Source of the DNA: Thermoproteota archaeon
Lineage (GTDB): Archaea > Korarchaeota > Korarchaeia > Korarchaeales > Korarchaeaceae
Direction of reading: 5' to 3'
DNA length: 15,786 nucleotides
Assembly: GCA_027491395.1 (NCBI GenBank)
Contig: JAOZFI010000035.1
Span: 1-15,786, forward strand
The notes below the pieces were generated by a model. That model was not told the origin of the DNA. It did no database searches and worked only from the letters and a program-made list of their open reading frames with translations. The first letter of the stretch is position 1. Every line of letters begins with the position of its first letter. Shown piece by piece: positions 1 to 9,042 of this stretch. The position numbers and the translations under genes were made by a program.

Positions 1-363
1 AAAATTGCCAAATTCCTATCAGAGATAGGGGTTCGTGTGGAGGAGGTGCTCCACAGTGGTAAGACGAGGGCAAAAGAAACAGCTGAAATAATAGCCTCGG
101 AGCTGGGAGTTCGGGTCAGGGAAGTAAGTGGACTGGATCCGCTCGCTGATCCCTCCGAGTGGGCGGAGCGCTTGAAGGGAATGAAGGAGGATGTCCTGCT
201 GGTGGGCCATCTGCCCCACTTGAGCAGGCTTGCTGGTCTGCTGCTCACCGGTGGCCAGCTCGAATTCGTGAAATTATCCTCCGGAGGAGCTCTCTGTCTA
301 GAGAAGGAGGAGGAAGGCGGCTGGTCGCTGATCTGGCTAGTATCCCCGGGAATCCTTAGGTGA
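1..363 (+). CDS. sixA: Phosphohistidine phosphatase SixA (histidine phosphatase superfamily), 5'-truncated by window edge
   Basis: Frame is open from base 1 (KIAKFLSEIGVRVEEVLHSGKTRAKETAEI...). HSxxxRAxETA and LVGHLPHL motifs are typical of SixA. The RHG motif would lie upstream of the window. Confidence 0.85.
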   Translation, partial: KIAKFLSEIGVRVEEVLHSGKTRAKETAEIIASELGVRVREVSGLDPLADPSEWAERLKGMKEDVLLVGHLPHLSRLAGLLLTGGQLEFVKLSSGGALCLEKEEEGGWSLIWLVSPGILR

Positions 364-536
364 GGTAGCGCAGCTACACGTTGATCTCCCTGATGACTTC
401 GCAGGCACCCGAGACTAACTCTGGGCTCGTGCGGGGGCAGCTAGGCTAATCGAACCCCAGCCGAGGACCTGCTGAGCACGGTGATTTGGTCACTTGACGT
501 ATGATACTTTTTATCCCTAATCTATGTATTTTCCAT

Positions 537-776
537 ATGCCACATATCACACTCAGTATCCCTGAGGACCTGATGGAGAGGATGAAGAGACACCCCGAGA
601 TCAAGTGGAGCGAGGTGGCCAGGAGGGCCATAAGGAGGTACCTGATGGAACTGGAGGATGAGGTTCCAGGTGAGGAGATATTAGAAGAGCTCTCAGAGGA
701 GGTGAGGGAGAAAATCGAGAAGTTAGAGTGGAAGAGGTTCTCGGAGAAGGTCGTATCGCTCAGAAATTACAGGTGA
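537..776 (+). CDS. vapB: Ribbon-helix-helix (CopG-like) VapB antitoxin
   Basis: MPHITLSIPEDLMERMKRHPEIKWSEVARRAI is an RHH beta-alpha-alpha pattern. ATG537 is preferred over 501 because a TATA-like TTTTTATC lies at 508-515. Directly upstream of a PIN gene. Confidence 0.85.
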   Translation: MPHITLSIPEDLMERMKRHPEIKWSEVARRAIRRYLMELEDEVPGEEILEELSEEVREKIEKLEWKRFSEKVVSLRNYR

Positions 777-781
777 GGGGC

Positions 782-1084
782 ATGGAGGTCTTGGACACGA
801 GTCTACTCATAGAGGGAAAGAGGGGGATTACGACGATATTCAGCATAATAGAGTACCCCCCGGCTTCCAAAGGAAGCAGGATCATCTTTCCTAAGAGAGA
901 GGACTTTTTGAAGTCTATAGAGATAATGGTGAAGTTGAGGGAGGTCGGTAAACCAGTTCCGGCCATAGATGTGCTCATCGCAGCGATATGCATAAGGAGG
1001 GATCTGAAGCTCCTCACTAGGGATAAGCACTTCCTCCTCATAAAGGAGGTGGAGCCCGAGTTCAAGGTGAAGGTGGTGCGATAA
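782..1084 (+). CDS. vapC: Short PIN-domain VapC toxin
   Basis: MEVLDTS...IIEY...PAIDVLIAA...LLTRDKHF has the four PIN acidic residues. GGTGAGGG RBS precedes ATG782. Confidence 0.9.
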   Translation: MEVLDTSLLIEGKRGITTIFSIIEYPPASKGSRIIFPKREDFLKSIEIMVKLREVGKPVPAIDVLIAAICIRRDLKLLTRDKHFLLIKEVEPEFKVKVVR

Positions 1085-1276
1085 ATAGGGATCCCGCGGT
1101 CTTTCCCCTCTCGCTGACCTCATTCTTCGGCGCGTGGCTTCGTTCGCTAATCGAAAGACCTAAACACTCCCAAGGTGGACCTCCCAGTTGCAAGAGACCT
1201 CAACGCGCGCGTTGACGAGATAGCTGAGGAGAGCGAAGAAAGGCCGCAGAGATGGCTGAAGAGACTAAGAAGTCGT

Positions 1277-1311
1277 AAAAAAGAGGAAGTGGAAACGCTA
1301 GCTTCCTTTTT
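1277..1311. terminator. Possible hairpin/terminator between vapBC and mntA-hepT
   Basis: A6 (1277-1282), AGGAAG (1284-1289) / CTTCCT (1302-1307) stem, then a T run to 1311. Confidence 0.3.
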
Positions 1312-1463
1312 GGTTTGCCGATTGGATCATATAAGTTTGCCCGTAACAAGCTGATCCCCTCCCATCAACGGCTCGCATGATCTTCCTCATGGGAGGGAGC
1401 ATTTCCCCACAATTGCCATCGCGCGCATCACTAAAAAGGCAGGCGATTCAAAAATCATGGATC

Positions 1464-1895
1464 ATGCCTTCGAGGGAAATGGCCGTTGAGAAGTTGAGGA
1501 AGGAGCTATCCAAGCTCAGAGATGTTAAATTCATTTCCTTATTCGGCTCCATAGCTGAGGGTAAGACCACGCCCCTCAGCGACGTGGATGTGGCGGTTCT
1601 CCCAGAAGAGGGAGCGGACGAGCTGCTAGTCGTGGCCGATATATTGGAGATCGTGACCCGCTCCCTAGGCGTAACTGAGGACCGAGTTGATGTGCTACTC
1701 CTGAATTACGCGAGCTCCCTCCCCCTCCTGTACAACGCTGTGGTCAGGGGGATCCTCCTTTACTGCTCGGATCCCCGATTCTGCAGCGAGTACAAGAGGA
1801 AGATCCTCTCGCAATACCTAGACTACCTCGTCTTCAGGGAGAAATTAGACCTCAGGAGGAAGTTCTTAGAGGCCGTGGGGAGGAGCCTGAGATGA
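1464..1895 (+). CDS. mntA: Minimal nucleotidyltransferase (MNT) antitoxin, type VII TA
   Basis: GS-X10-DXD motif (FGSIAEGKTTPLSDVD) and RVDVLLLN. ATGA overlap with the HEPN gene. Start chosen at ATG1464 (ATG1479 also possible). Confidence 0.88.
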   Translation: MPSREMAVEKLRKELSKLRDVKFISLFGSIAEGKTTPLSDVDVAVLPEEGADELLVVADILEIVTRSLGVTEDRVDVLLLNYASSLPLLYNAVVRGILLYCSDPRFCSEYKRKILSQYLDYLVFREKLDLRRKFLEAVGRSLR

Positions 1896-2317
1896 GGAAC
1901 GAGAGACTATTGAGAATCATCAAGGAGAGCACGGAATTGCTGGATGAGGGTATTCAGAGGCACGGAACCGCTATTTTAGAGGATAAGTTTCTCCTGCTAG
2001 CGGCTCTACACGCACTCCAAGTAGCGTCTCAGGCCCTCATAGATCTGGCGGCTCACATAATCTCGGAGGCGGGGGCTGCCGTCCCCTCGAGTTACTCAGA
2101 GATCCCCCGGATCCTCAAGCGGGAGGGCTGTCTGAGTGATCCTGAAGCTGAACTGTTCAGGAGGATCATAGGATTCAGGAACGTCGTGGTCCACCAATAC
2201 TCATCCGTGGATCTCGAAATCGTGAGAAAAATCTTGGAGGGTAAGCTCTACAAGGACATAGAAAAGCTCGCATTATCGCTGATTAAATGGGCTCAGGAGA
2301 AGGGAATAGATCCCTGA
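1892..2317 (+). CDS. hepT: HEPN (DUF86) RNase toxin HepT
   Basis: R-X4-H-X-Y motif (GFRNVVVHQY), which includes the Tyr that MntA AMPylates in characterized systems. Paired with MNT. Confidence 0.9.
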   Translation: MRNERLLRIIKESTELLDEGIQRHGTAILEDKFLLLAALHALQVASQALIDLAAHIISEAGAAVPSSYSEIPRILKREGCLSDPEAELFRRIIGFRNVVVHQYSSVDLEIVRKILEGKLYKDIEKLALSLIKWAQEKGIDP

Positions 2318-2456
2318 CCTGTGGGATACCTCCCGCTTCTCATGAACCTCCCTGCCGACATCACACTCAGGAACCGGGGCGCCAACATTCACGGGATGGC
2401 CCTGTACAATAAGATGGACTTTTCACCGAAATTCTGGCTCCAAGTGAGAAGGACCG

Positions 2457-2463
2457 TTTTAAA
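2457..2463 (+). promoter_or_regulatory. Archaeal TATA box of the ADC-family gene (likely leaderless)
   Basis: TTTTAAA 21-27 nt before ATG2484. Confidence 0.5.
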
Positions 2464-2483
2464 GAAGCGATGTAAGGTTGCAT

Positions 2484-3212
2484 ATGCCTTGGACCTCTCC
2501 ACTCACTCCCTCTGGTAGGTCCGCCCTGGTCCCTGACGGCCCTTGGTACTATGTCTTCGATGCAATTGGTATCCACGCCAAGGGAGATCCGTCCAAGCTG
2601 AAGGATGTGGTTCCTGAGGAGGTAAAGGCTAGGGAGGACCTGTGGTTCTACGTGGCAGATATAGTTTCCTTCAGCCCTAACGCCCGAGAGCTCAACTACG
2701 AAGCTCCGGGCCTGCTTCAATATAGGGAGGCCGCGATCTTCGTCAGAGTGGACTGGAGGGGTAGGAGTTACGCATACTGCCCCTTCATGTACGTCGACAG
2801 TGATGTATCCTTGGTCAGGGGGTTGGTAGCGGGCTTTCCCAAGAAGATAGCCCACATAGAGATGACCAAGTTCCACGACCTGTTCAAGCACGGGAGGTAC
2901 GGAGGCTTGGCCTACAGGGCCGGATACGGGCTCATGAAGCTCGTGGTGGAACCTGAGAGGGAGGCAAGAGAGCTCCCCCTCGATGGTTTCGGTAATTGGC
3001 TCCTCAGGAGGTATATAAAACCCCTGAACGTAGATGACATGGTCGAATTCGTGCCCGAAGTCCAGTACGGGAGGATTATTGAGGGGAGGGGAACGGTGAG
3101 GCTGGGAGGAGGGATCAACGACGAGCTGGATGCCTTCGAACCCGTCGAGGTGCTTAAGGGATACTTGTACAGCGTGAAGATAGGGATCAGGGAACTGAGG
3201 GTACTTCACTGA
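2484..3212 (+). CDS. Acetoacetate decarboxylase (ADC) family protein
   Basis: YREAAIFV...PFMYVDSD.SL.RG...GFPKK, with the PKK Schiff-base lysine motif of the ADC superfamily. Confidence 0.8.
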   Translation: MPWTSPLTPSGRSALVPDGPWYYVFDAIGIHAKGDPSKLKDVVPEEVKAREDLWFYVADIVSFSPNARELNYEAPGLLQYREAAIFVRVDWRGRSYAYCPFMYVDSDVSLVRGLVAGFPKKIAHIEMTKFHDLFKHGRYGGLAYRAGYGLMKLVVEPEREARELPLDGFGNWLLRRYIKPLNVDDMVEFVPEVQYGRIIEGRGTVRLGGGINDELDAFEPVEVLKGYLYSVKIGIRELRVLH

Positions 3213-3236
3213 GCTCATATACGCGTTTCTGAAACC

Positions 3237-4046
3237 CTACCCTCCCTCATTCAAATCACCGCTTCCTTCACCCTTCTTGAGCCATACCACTCTCTGCGGG
3301 AAGGGAATTTCCACTCCTGCCTCCTCCAGCGCCTCCTTGACCTTGGAGAGGAGCCAAACCTTGGTCGACCACCATTGACCCGTTGGTGCCCAGCACCTGA
3401 AGTTCAGCACCACAGCGCTATCACCGTATTCCTGAACGAGCACCTCCGGCGCCGGCTCAGCCAGCACGAAGGGGTGCTGATCGGCTAACCTGAGCAATGC
3501 CCCCTTGGCTGCCTCCAGATCAGAGGAGTATGAAATGCCGACGGGTATGCTTATCCTCCTGACCGGCATGGAGGAGAAGTTAACTATCGGGCTTGAGAAG
3601 AGCTTCTCGTTGGGGATCCTTACAAGATGACCGTCCCACGACATGATCTTGGTTGAGAAGATCCCTATCTCCTTAACGAGTCCCTCCACCACTCCCTCGA
3701 CCCTGATTGCATCTCCAAGTTTGAGCGGCCTGTCCAAGTATATGAATACCCCGCTAAGGAAGTTCGCGAACACCGTCCTGCTAGCAAAGGCCACGGCAAT
3801 CCCTAATGTACCCCCAGCTATCAGAAGACCTGAGAGGTCAATGTTGAGGGGTGCAAGTGATGAGACAACTCCAAAGAAGATCACCGTGTAGAAAATCAGG
3901 CTGATGAGGGGTTTATAGATCGCGGCAGTCATGTACTTAGGCAGGATCCTGTTCAAAAACCTCTTCAGCAGGAATGCCACGATTAGCGTGCCTATCACAC
4001 CCGAAAAGACGCCCAAATACGGTAGCAGTGAATCGAGCGCTTGCAT
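3237..4046 (-). CDS. mscS: Small-conductance mechanosensitive channel MscS
   Basis: Three N-terminal TM segments. GIAVAFASRTVFANFLSG, RPLKLGD, IPNEKL and GVEIPFPQR signatures. Confidence 0.95.
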   Translation of the reverse strand: MQALDSLLPYLGVFSGVIGTLIVAFLLKRFLNRILPKYMTAAIYKPLISLIFYTVIFFGVVSSLAPLNIDLSGLLIAGGTLGIAVAFASRTVFANFLSGVFIYLDRPLKLGDAIRVEGVVEGLVKEIGIFSTKIMSWDGHLVRIPNEKLFSSPIVNFSSMPVRRISIPVGISYSSDLEAAKGALLRLADQHPFVLAEPAPEVLVQEYGDSAVVLNFRCWAPTGQWWSTKVWLLSKVKEALEEAGVEIPFPQRVVWLKKGEGSGDLNEGG

Positions 4047-4047
4047 G

Positions 4048-4701
4048 TCACCACACCATCCTGCAACCGCTAGCTATCCTCCTGATCAGGTCAACTGACT
4101 TGACGGGAGGGTACACTAAGTCAGCCTCCACCGGGGGCTCGTTCTTTAGCTCGACGTAAAGGTCGTCGCCGACAGTAACCTCTACTACCTCGTAGTAGAG
4201 GATTCCATCCTTGAAGAATATGTCCAGCTCGTTTACAGGGATGACAATCCTGTCCACCTCCCTAGGGTTCCTCACTTTGAAGATGACCTTCACCTTGGCA
4301 TCTATCCCACTAGGAGGAGCATCCGAGGTGGGGCCCTCGTGGTACCTGCAGACTATTCCTTCCGTCGTGGGGCCATAGAGGGAATACTTCACCCTGAAGG
4401 GAGAAAGGAAGCCCACTATCTTGCCGTTTAGAGAGACGCCAAGATCATAAGGGGCCGAAATCCATAGTTCCTGTCCATCTAGTGGGATCAACCTTTCCAT
4501 CATTCTTATCATTAGGTAGTCGGACACCCTAGAGGGAACGTTCACTGGTGGATGGGGCCGGACCACTACCTCCTCGGCTTGGGTTCTTATGTCTTTCATC
4601 GTGTGATCGTCTCTCAGTGTCAATACCCCCTTATCTAGAGAGAGCTTAGCCCTACCGAGCTCGAAAGCATCGCCCCTCCTCAGAGTCCACAACCAATCCA
4701 C
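4048..4701 (-). CDS. DUF432-family archaeal protein, upstream of and probably co-transcribed with mscS
   Basis: P.PPVNVP, KYSLYGPTTEGIVCRY motifs. Only 1 nt separates it from mscS. Confidence 0.75.
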   Translation of the reverse strand: MDWLWTLRRGDAFELGRAKLSLDKGVLTLRDDHTMKDIRTQAEEVVVRPHPPVNVPSRVSDYLMIRMMERLIPLDGQELWISAPYDLGVSLNGKIVGFLSPFRVKYSLYGPTTEGIVCRYHEGPTSDAPPSGIDAKVKVIFKVRNPREVDRIVIPVNELDIFFKDGILYYEVVEVTVGDDLYVELKNEPPVEADLVYPPVKSVDLIRRIASGCRMVW

Positions 4702-4834
4702 CCACTCTATCGGGTCGTGAGCTTATTAGTCATTAGCTAGGTAGGAGCGTGTTGGCAACCTAAGTAAACCGGACCGAATGACCCGGGGGGCTTTTACATG
4801 CTTGGATATGAACCTCATGGAGCTGAGTTAGCCT

Positions 4835-4842
4835 CTTTTAAA
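4835..4842 (+). promoter_or_regulatory. TATA box for 4867 gene
   Basis: TTTTTAAA about 25 nt before ATG4867. Confidence 0.5.
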
Positions 4843-4866
4843 GAGCGCCCGGCATCACTGACATAA

Positions 4867-5676
4867 ATGGAGGTCGTAGCGATCGCCCCAGCGGTGCTAG
4901 CAATGAGCCTCACCGCTTTCCCCGGATCGTTGAAGCCCCCTTTCTTGGTCTATTACAGGAAGGGGGGCATCTCCGGTTTGATCGAGAACTTGATCGTTTA
5001 CTCAGATGGTACGGGGATCTACAGGAGTGATGGAGAGGAGATTAGGGGTAAGGTGAACGGAGACACGATAATGGCACTGGAAGCAGTCCTCAACATGATC
5101 TCCAAACGTGGTTTCTCCGAGGTGAGCCCGAGGCTTGGAGCCGTGGACTTCCTCTATCACGAGGTAATATTTCCGGGTAGAGGGGAGAGGTTCGCTTGGG
5201 TGGATGAATGGGCCTCTGAAGTGGGGCTACCCAGAGAGATCAGGGCTCTAACCAAACTCCTAGATTATGCCATCTCCCTGATTACAGGAGCTAAATGGGT
5301 GAACTTGGAGGAGAGCTCAACCGCTTATCTGAGGATGAGGGCATCCTTGGACGGGCTGGTAGTGAGAGATGGTGCAACCCTACTGCTGGAGGTGTCGGTA
5401 GCATGCTCAAGCGAGGTCGAAATCTCCTACACCCTCCCGACACTCGATTCGCCCGATGTGAAGATCGAGTCTGACGCGGAGATCTCGGTGAACTTCCTGA
5501 GGGTCGAGGGGCGAACCATCGATGAGGGAAAGAGAAAGCTGCTGCCCGGGCGGAGGCTCAATGTGGAGGTTTCTGTGGAGCTGAAGGAAGTGGAGAGGGG
5601 TCTTCATTGGTTGAGCGTCCACTTCCCTCCGAAAGCTCCGAGTATCGAGGTTTCTCTCCCGTTCGTGATTGTGTGA
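4867..5676 (+). CDS. Hypothetical, probably exported two-domain protein (N-terminal RxGGIxG domain, C-terminal beta-rich/Ig-like domain)
   Basis: 269-aa ORF with genome-typical codons, a TATA box and a hydrophobic N-terminus. A degraded paralog in the same window supports that it is a real gene. Confidence 0.75.
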   Translation: MEVVAIAPAVLAMSLTAFPGSLKPPFLVYYRKGGISGLIENLIVYSDGTGIYRSDGEEIRGKVNGDTIMALEAVLNMISKRGFSEVSPRLGAVDFLYHEVIFPGRGERFAWVDEWASEVGLPREIRALTKLLDYAISLITGAKWVNLEESSTAYLRMRASLDGLVVRDGATLLLEVSVACSSEVEISYTLPTLDSPDVKIESDAEISVNFLRVEGRTIDEGKRKLLPGRRLNVEVSVELKEVERGLHWLSVHFPPKAPSIEVSLPFVIV

Positions 5677-6023
5677 ACTGACGTACTTCGGCCCAAAACT
5701 TAATCCAACGTCGACCATCCTCATCGCGGGATCTTAACGGGGAAAATCCGCAACAGAGATGTTACTAGGAGAGATGCAGCAGGATAATTTCAGCTGATCC
5801 CAGATCCTCGCGCACTATGACCTTATGGCGTCCGCCTCCTCGGAGTAAGCATTTTCCCCTTTCACCCATTTTCACTATCGGGTGAGCATCGATATTAATC
5901 CAGCTGCCGTGAGAGAAATCCCAAAAAATAGATTTAGGTCTCAGGAAGCTCGCGAGGTGAGGAGGGTACTGGCTACTCACCCTTTGATGCTCCACACTCA
6001 ACTGATAGCGGTTCTACAAGTAC

Positions 6024-7091
6024 TCACCTCTTCTTGAAATAATACAGATATATCACAATCGCAGCTAACAGTGCTATTAACGCGATAAGTGCTGAATCTA
6101 GGGTGGAACCCCAACCTCCCTCAACCTTCTCTACGGTTATCGTAACAACCTCCGTGGTGGCTGGCTTGATCGCTGTCTCTGTTTTTGATACGGATTGGCC
6201 AATGGAGGTCGTCACAACCTCCCCAGGGATGATTTCTATATCCCTAATTCCAGTGAATCCCTCAGCTATCTTCCGGACGCTCCCATCGCTCAAGCTTATC
6301 ATATAAATCTCGTTCGATCTAGTCAGGTAGAGCCTGTCCCCAGCCACAGCTATCCCCGTTGGGTTGTCGAAAAACCTATCAGTGACGATTCTCACCGGCC
6401 CGCTCTCAGTGAAGCTGTAGACTTTGCTGCTACTGCATGCGTAGAACACGCCATTCGAGTAGGTTATGGGCCCCCGGAACTTATCCCCGGACATGCCCTT
6501 GAACACCGACACCTCGTACGTTTTGAGGTCCACGCTGACTATCCTGCCTTCACCGTCCTCAGAGACGACCAGTTTGCTCCCAACGACTATACCATACATG
6601 TTCTGTAAGCTAGGGCCGGGCTCTCTGGTCAGGTTCACACCGTTGAGAACGGAACCGTTAGAATCCACCACGTAAACCCAGTCGTTCTTATTATCCAAGA
6701 CGGCGAATCTGTCTTGAGGCATAGGCGTTGTCGACACACAGTAAGGGGCCTTGGGATAAATTTCCCTTAAGATCTTCCCCTCTAAGGATAGCTCGTATAT
6801 TGGCCCACAGCCCGTGTATATCCTGTGATCAACTAGAGTTAGGGTATTCCCAGAGATCTCTCCATTCAAGATCTCTATTCCGCTCTCCGATACTCTAATC
6901 AGACCCTCCTTGGATATCAAGTACAGTATATCGGGGATCCTCTCTAGGAGGCGCATCTCGGTCTGCAGGGGTTCATGATATCCACTCACGTTTGTATCTC
7001 CTGCAGCCTCCGTGCGATAAAGAGGCTGACCTAGGACCACTAGCAGGGTGAGGGGAATCAGCAACGAAAGGATCCGGATGCTCCCTTTCAT
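6024..7091 (-). CDS. Secreted beta-propeller (NHL/YncE-like) surface protein with Thr-rich linker and C-terminal membrane anchor
   Basis: Signal peptide MKGSIRILSLLIPLTLLVVLG after a GGGGGGTG RBS. Repeated propeller-blade-like strands (NPTGIAVAGDRLYL). Ends in TM helix + KKR. Confidence 0.75.
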   Translation of the reverse strand: MKGSIRILSLLIPLTLLVVLGQPLYRTEAAGDTNVSGYHEPLQTEMRLLERIPDILYLISKEGLIRVSESGIEILNGEISGNTLTLVDHRIYTGCGPIYELSLEGKILREIYPKAPYCVSTTPMPQDRFAVLDNKNDWVYVVDSNGSVLNGVNLTREPGPSLQNMYGIVVGSKLVVSEDGEGRIVSVDLKTYEVSVFKGMSGDKFRGPITYSNGVFYACSSSKVYSFTESGPVRIVTDRFFDNPTGIAVAGDRLYLTRSNEIYMISLSDGSVRKIAEGFTGIRDIEIIPGEVVTTSIGQSVSKTETAIKPATTEVVTITVEKVEGGWGSTLDSALIALIALLAAIVIYLYYFKKR

Positions 7092-7508
7092 CGACACCCC
7101 CCTGCGCTGATCTATCCCCAATTTTTTAACCTTGTTGGAAATAAACATGTACGGTATCAACACGGGCAGACGGTTTCCTGAAGGGTTCTAGGGGACCATA
7201 ATCTGAAGCGGGCCTAGTTAGAACATCTCGCAATCCTAAATTTCAGCTGACCTTGCGTGGCTTCCTGTTTGCATGATCGGGGATAACTAATTTACCGAGA
7301 GCTCGACCGGTTCCTCCCTATCCCCCGAAGTGGGGATCTCACAAGCTCATAACCCTGCCCCTCGCCGAAACTTCATCATCCCTGCGTCCCTATCGTTAAG
7401 GCAGCGAGTTCTGTTCCTTACTACTCCGCCGAACCCTAGCACTCATCTAAACCGGAATTACAAAGCTCGCGATAGACGAGTCCTGTTACAACGGTCCCTT
7501 GGGAGATC

Positions 7509-7832
7509 TCACCTCCCCCAACTTAACCTACACCCGATCAGCCTATCGAGGTATCCGACATTCCCCGCCCATAGGGCAGCTCCTTAGCCATTGCCGTCGT
7601 CCCGATTAGCAGATCTGTGTCGATCGGGACTCCTTCTATATAATTTGAGCTTCACCTACCTCATAATAAGCAGAGTCAAAAATCCATCTCCCTCAAATGG
7701 TCTAAGGCTTCTGGATCTTACCCTTTTATCTTCATTTAGTTCTGTGCAAGTTCCATGAGGAATTCATCCCACCTTTCCCCTCAATCTCGCCAGCCCAACC
7801 TTCATCCTCCTGCTCGTTGTAATGGTGCTGGC
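7509..7832 (-). pseudogene. Degraded vapBC toxin-antitoxin operon
   Basis: Manual translation across frameshifts gives ASTITTSRRMKVGLARLRG/WDEFLMELA (antitoxin-like, 7832-7745). It then gives IFDS and EGVPIDTDLLIGTTAMAKELP/LWAGNVGYLDRL (PIN C-terminus, 7636-7509). The middle of the PIN gene appears deleted. Confidence 0.7.
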
Positions 7833-7874
7833 AAGCTTAAACTACCAATTACTGATTTGAACTCCGAGGACGAA

Positions 7875-7901
7875 TTAACTTCTCGCGTCACGAGAAGTTA
7901 A
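7875..7901. repeat. Perfect 11-bp inverted repeat (candidate operator)
   Basis: TTAACTTCTCG-cgtca-CGAGAAGTTAA. Confidence 0.6.
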
Positions 7902-8247
7902 CGGGGGAAAGGACAACTCCGGCGGAGCTATGTGTGAGCTCACAGGGACTCCCCGTACGGATGTAGAGATATCATCCCCGCGAGAGCTATCCGTGTAGCA
8001 TAGATGCTAGGAGAGAGTGCTAATTGACTCAGAAGCCTAGGAGCCTAAACCTACGAGCCAGCGAAGGGCCGTGAAGCGCCATCACTTAACGAGTCAGTCC
8101 ATCTTCAGACGAGTTAAAAAGGGATCTAGCTAAGAGGTGAGCATGGCCTACCCCTCTAGAGAAAACTCACTGGCTCATCAGATGAGAGGGCTCGCTCTCA
8201 ATCTCTTGGGGGATGTAATATTAAGGCGCGTGGATTTCAACTGACTT

Positions 8248-9042
8248 ATGAAGTTGATGCTCACCTCCGATGTCCATCATCCGCAATACTGGCAAAAGCT
8301 CTCTTCACACTTGGAAAAGGAGAAGCCCGACCTGTTAATAATTGCAGGCGACCTGACAGCCAGCGGCAACATGAGAGAGTTCGAAAAGCTCTTCAAGCTC
8401 GTTAAAAGGCACACTAACCTCTGGTACGTATTGGGAAACCACGACCTCTGGCTCAGTAAAAGGATGTTGAGGAAAGGACTGAATAGCTTGCATAAAATGG
8501 AGCTTATCAGGAAGATGGCTTTAAGCTATGGATTCTTGGACCTTCATCTGGAAGGCCCTCAGAAGCTCGGAAACCTGAGCTTAGTCGGAGTTATAGGCTG
8601 GTACGATTACAGTTACGCCCCCGAAGGTACTCTAGAGCAGTTCCTGAGGGGCTCACCCTACGACTGCCATCCCCTCTCCAAGTACAACCCCTGCCCAGAG
8701 TGGTGGAACGACAAGGTCTGGGTTAAGCTTCCCTTCTCGGATCCGGAATTTGCTAAGATGAACGCAGATCTATTGAGGGAGGGGCTATTGGGGGTCGGAG
8801 ATGCCATAGTGATCATGCATCACGTACCCAAAGAGGAGCTACTGGTTAGGGATAGGGGCTCTTTTTACAGCGCCTATCATGGTAGCCCTCTCCTAGGTAG
8901 GGTTCTAGAGGACTTCAGGTACAAACTATTCTTCGTGGGCTACGGTCACGATCACAATGGGAGGAAAGCCGAGATTAATGGGGTTAAATACGTGCCATTG
9001 GCCATCTCCTCCAAGGGTCCTCTGATCTTGGAGCTTCTCTAG
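8248..9042 (+). CDS. Calcineurin-like metallophosphoesterase
   Basis: All five MPP motifs: SDVH, AGDL, GNHD, MHH, GHDH. Also GWYDYS. TATA-like AATATTAA at about 8217-8224. Confidence 0.9.
   Translation: MKLMLTSDVHHPQYWQKLSSHLEKEKPDLLIIAGDLTASGNMREFEKLFKLVKRHTNLWYVLGNHDLWLSKRMLRKGLNSLHKMELIRKMALSYGFLDLHLEGPQKLGNLSLVGVIGWYDYSYAPEGTLEQFLRGSPYDCHPLSKYNPCPEWWNDKVWVKLPFSDPEFAKMNADLLREGLLGVGDAIVIMHHVPKEELLVRDRGSFYSAYHGSPLLGRVLEDFRYKLFFVGYGHDHNGRKAEINGVKYVPLAISSKGPLILELL

Noticed and set aside
390-475. Possible box C/D sRNA (TGATGA at 391-396, CCGA at 409-412, CTGA at 472-475) with internal hairpins
   Set aside because: About 85 nt is long for an archaeal C/D guide. There is no correctly spaced C' box, and I could not recognise an rRNA/tRNA target.
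2367-3218. 283-aa minus-strand ORF
   Set aside because: Antisense shadow of the ADC-family gene with no recognisable motifs.
5677-6023. 78-aa ORF 5765-6001(-) with faint resemblance to the 9580 propeller (WDFSHGS vs YDFSKGQ; QLK.I)
   Set aside because: The matches are short and not collinear in one frame. It may be a decayed gene, but I cannot support that without an alignment.
7325-7380. Minus-strand ATGATGA box C candidate
   Set aside because: No CTGA D or D' boxes at the expected spacing.
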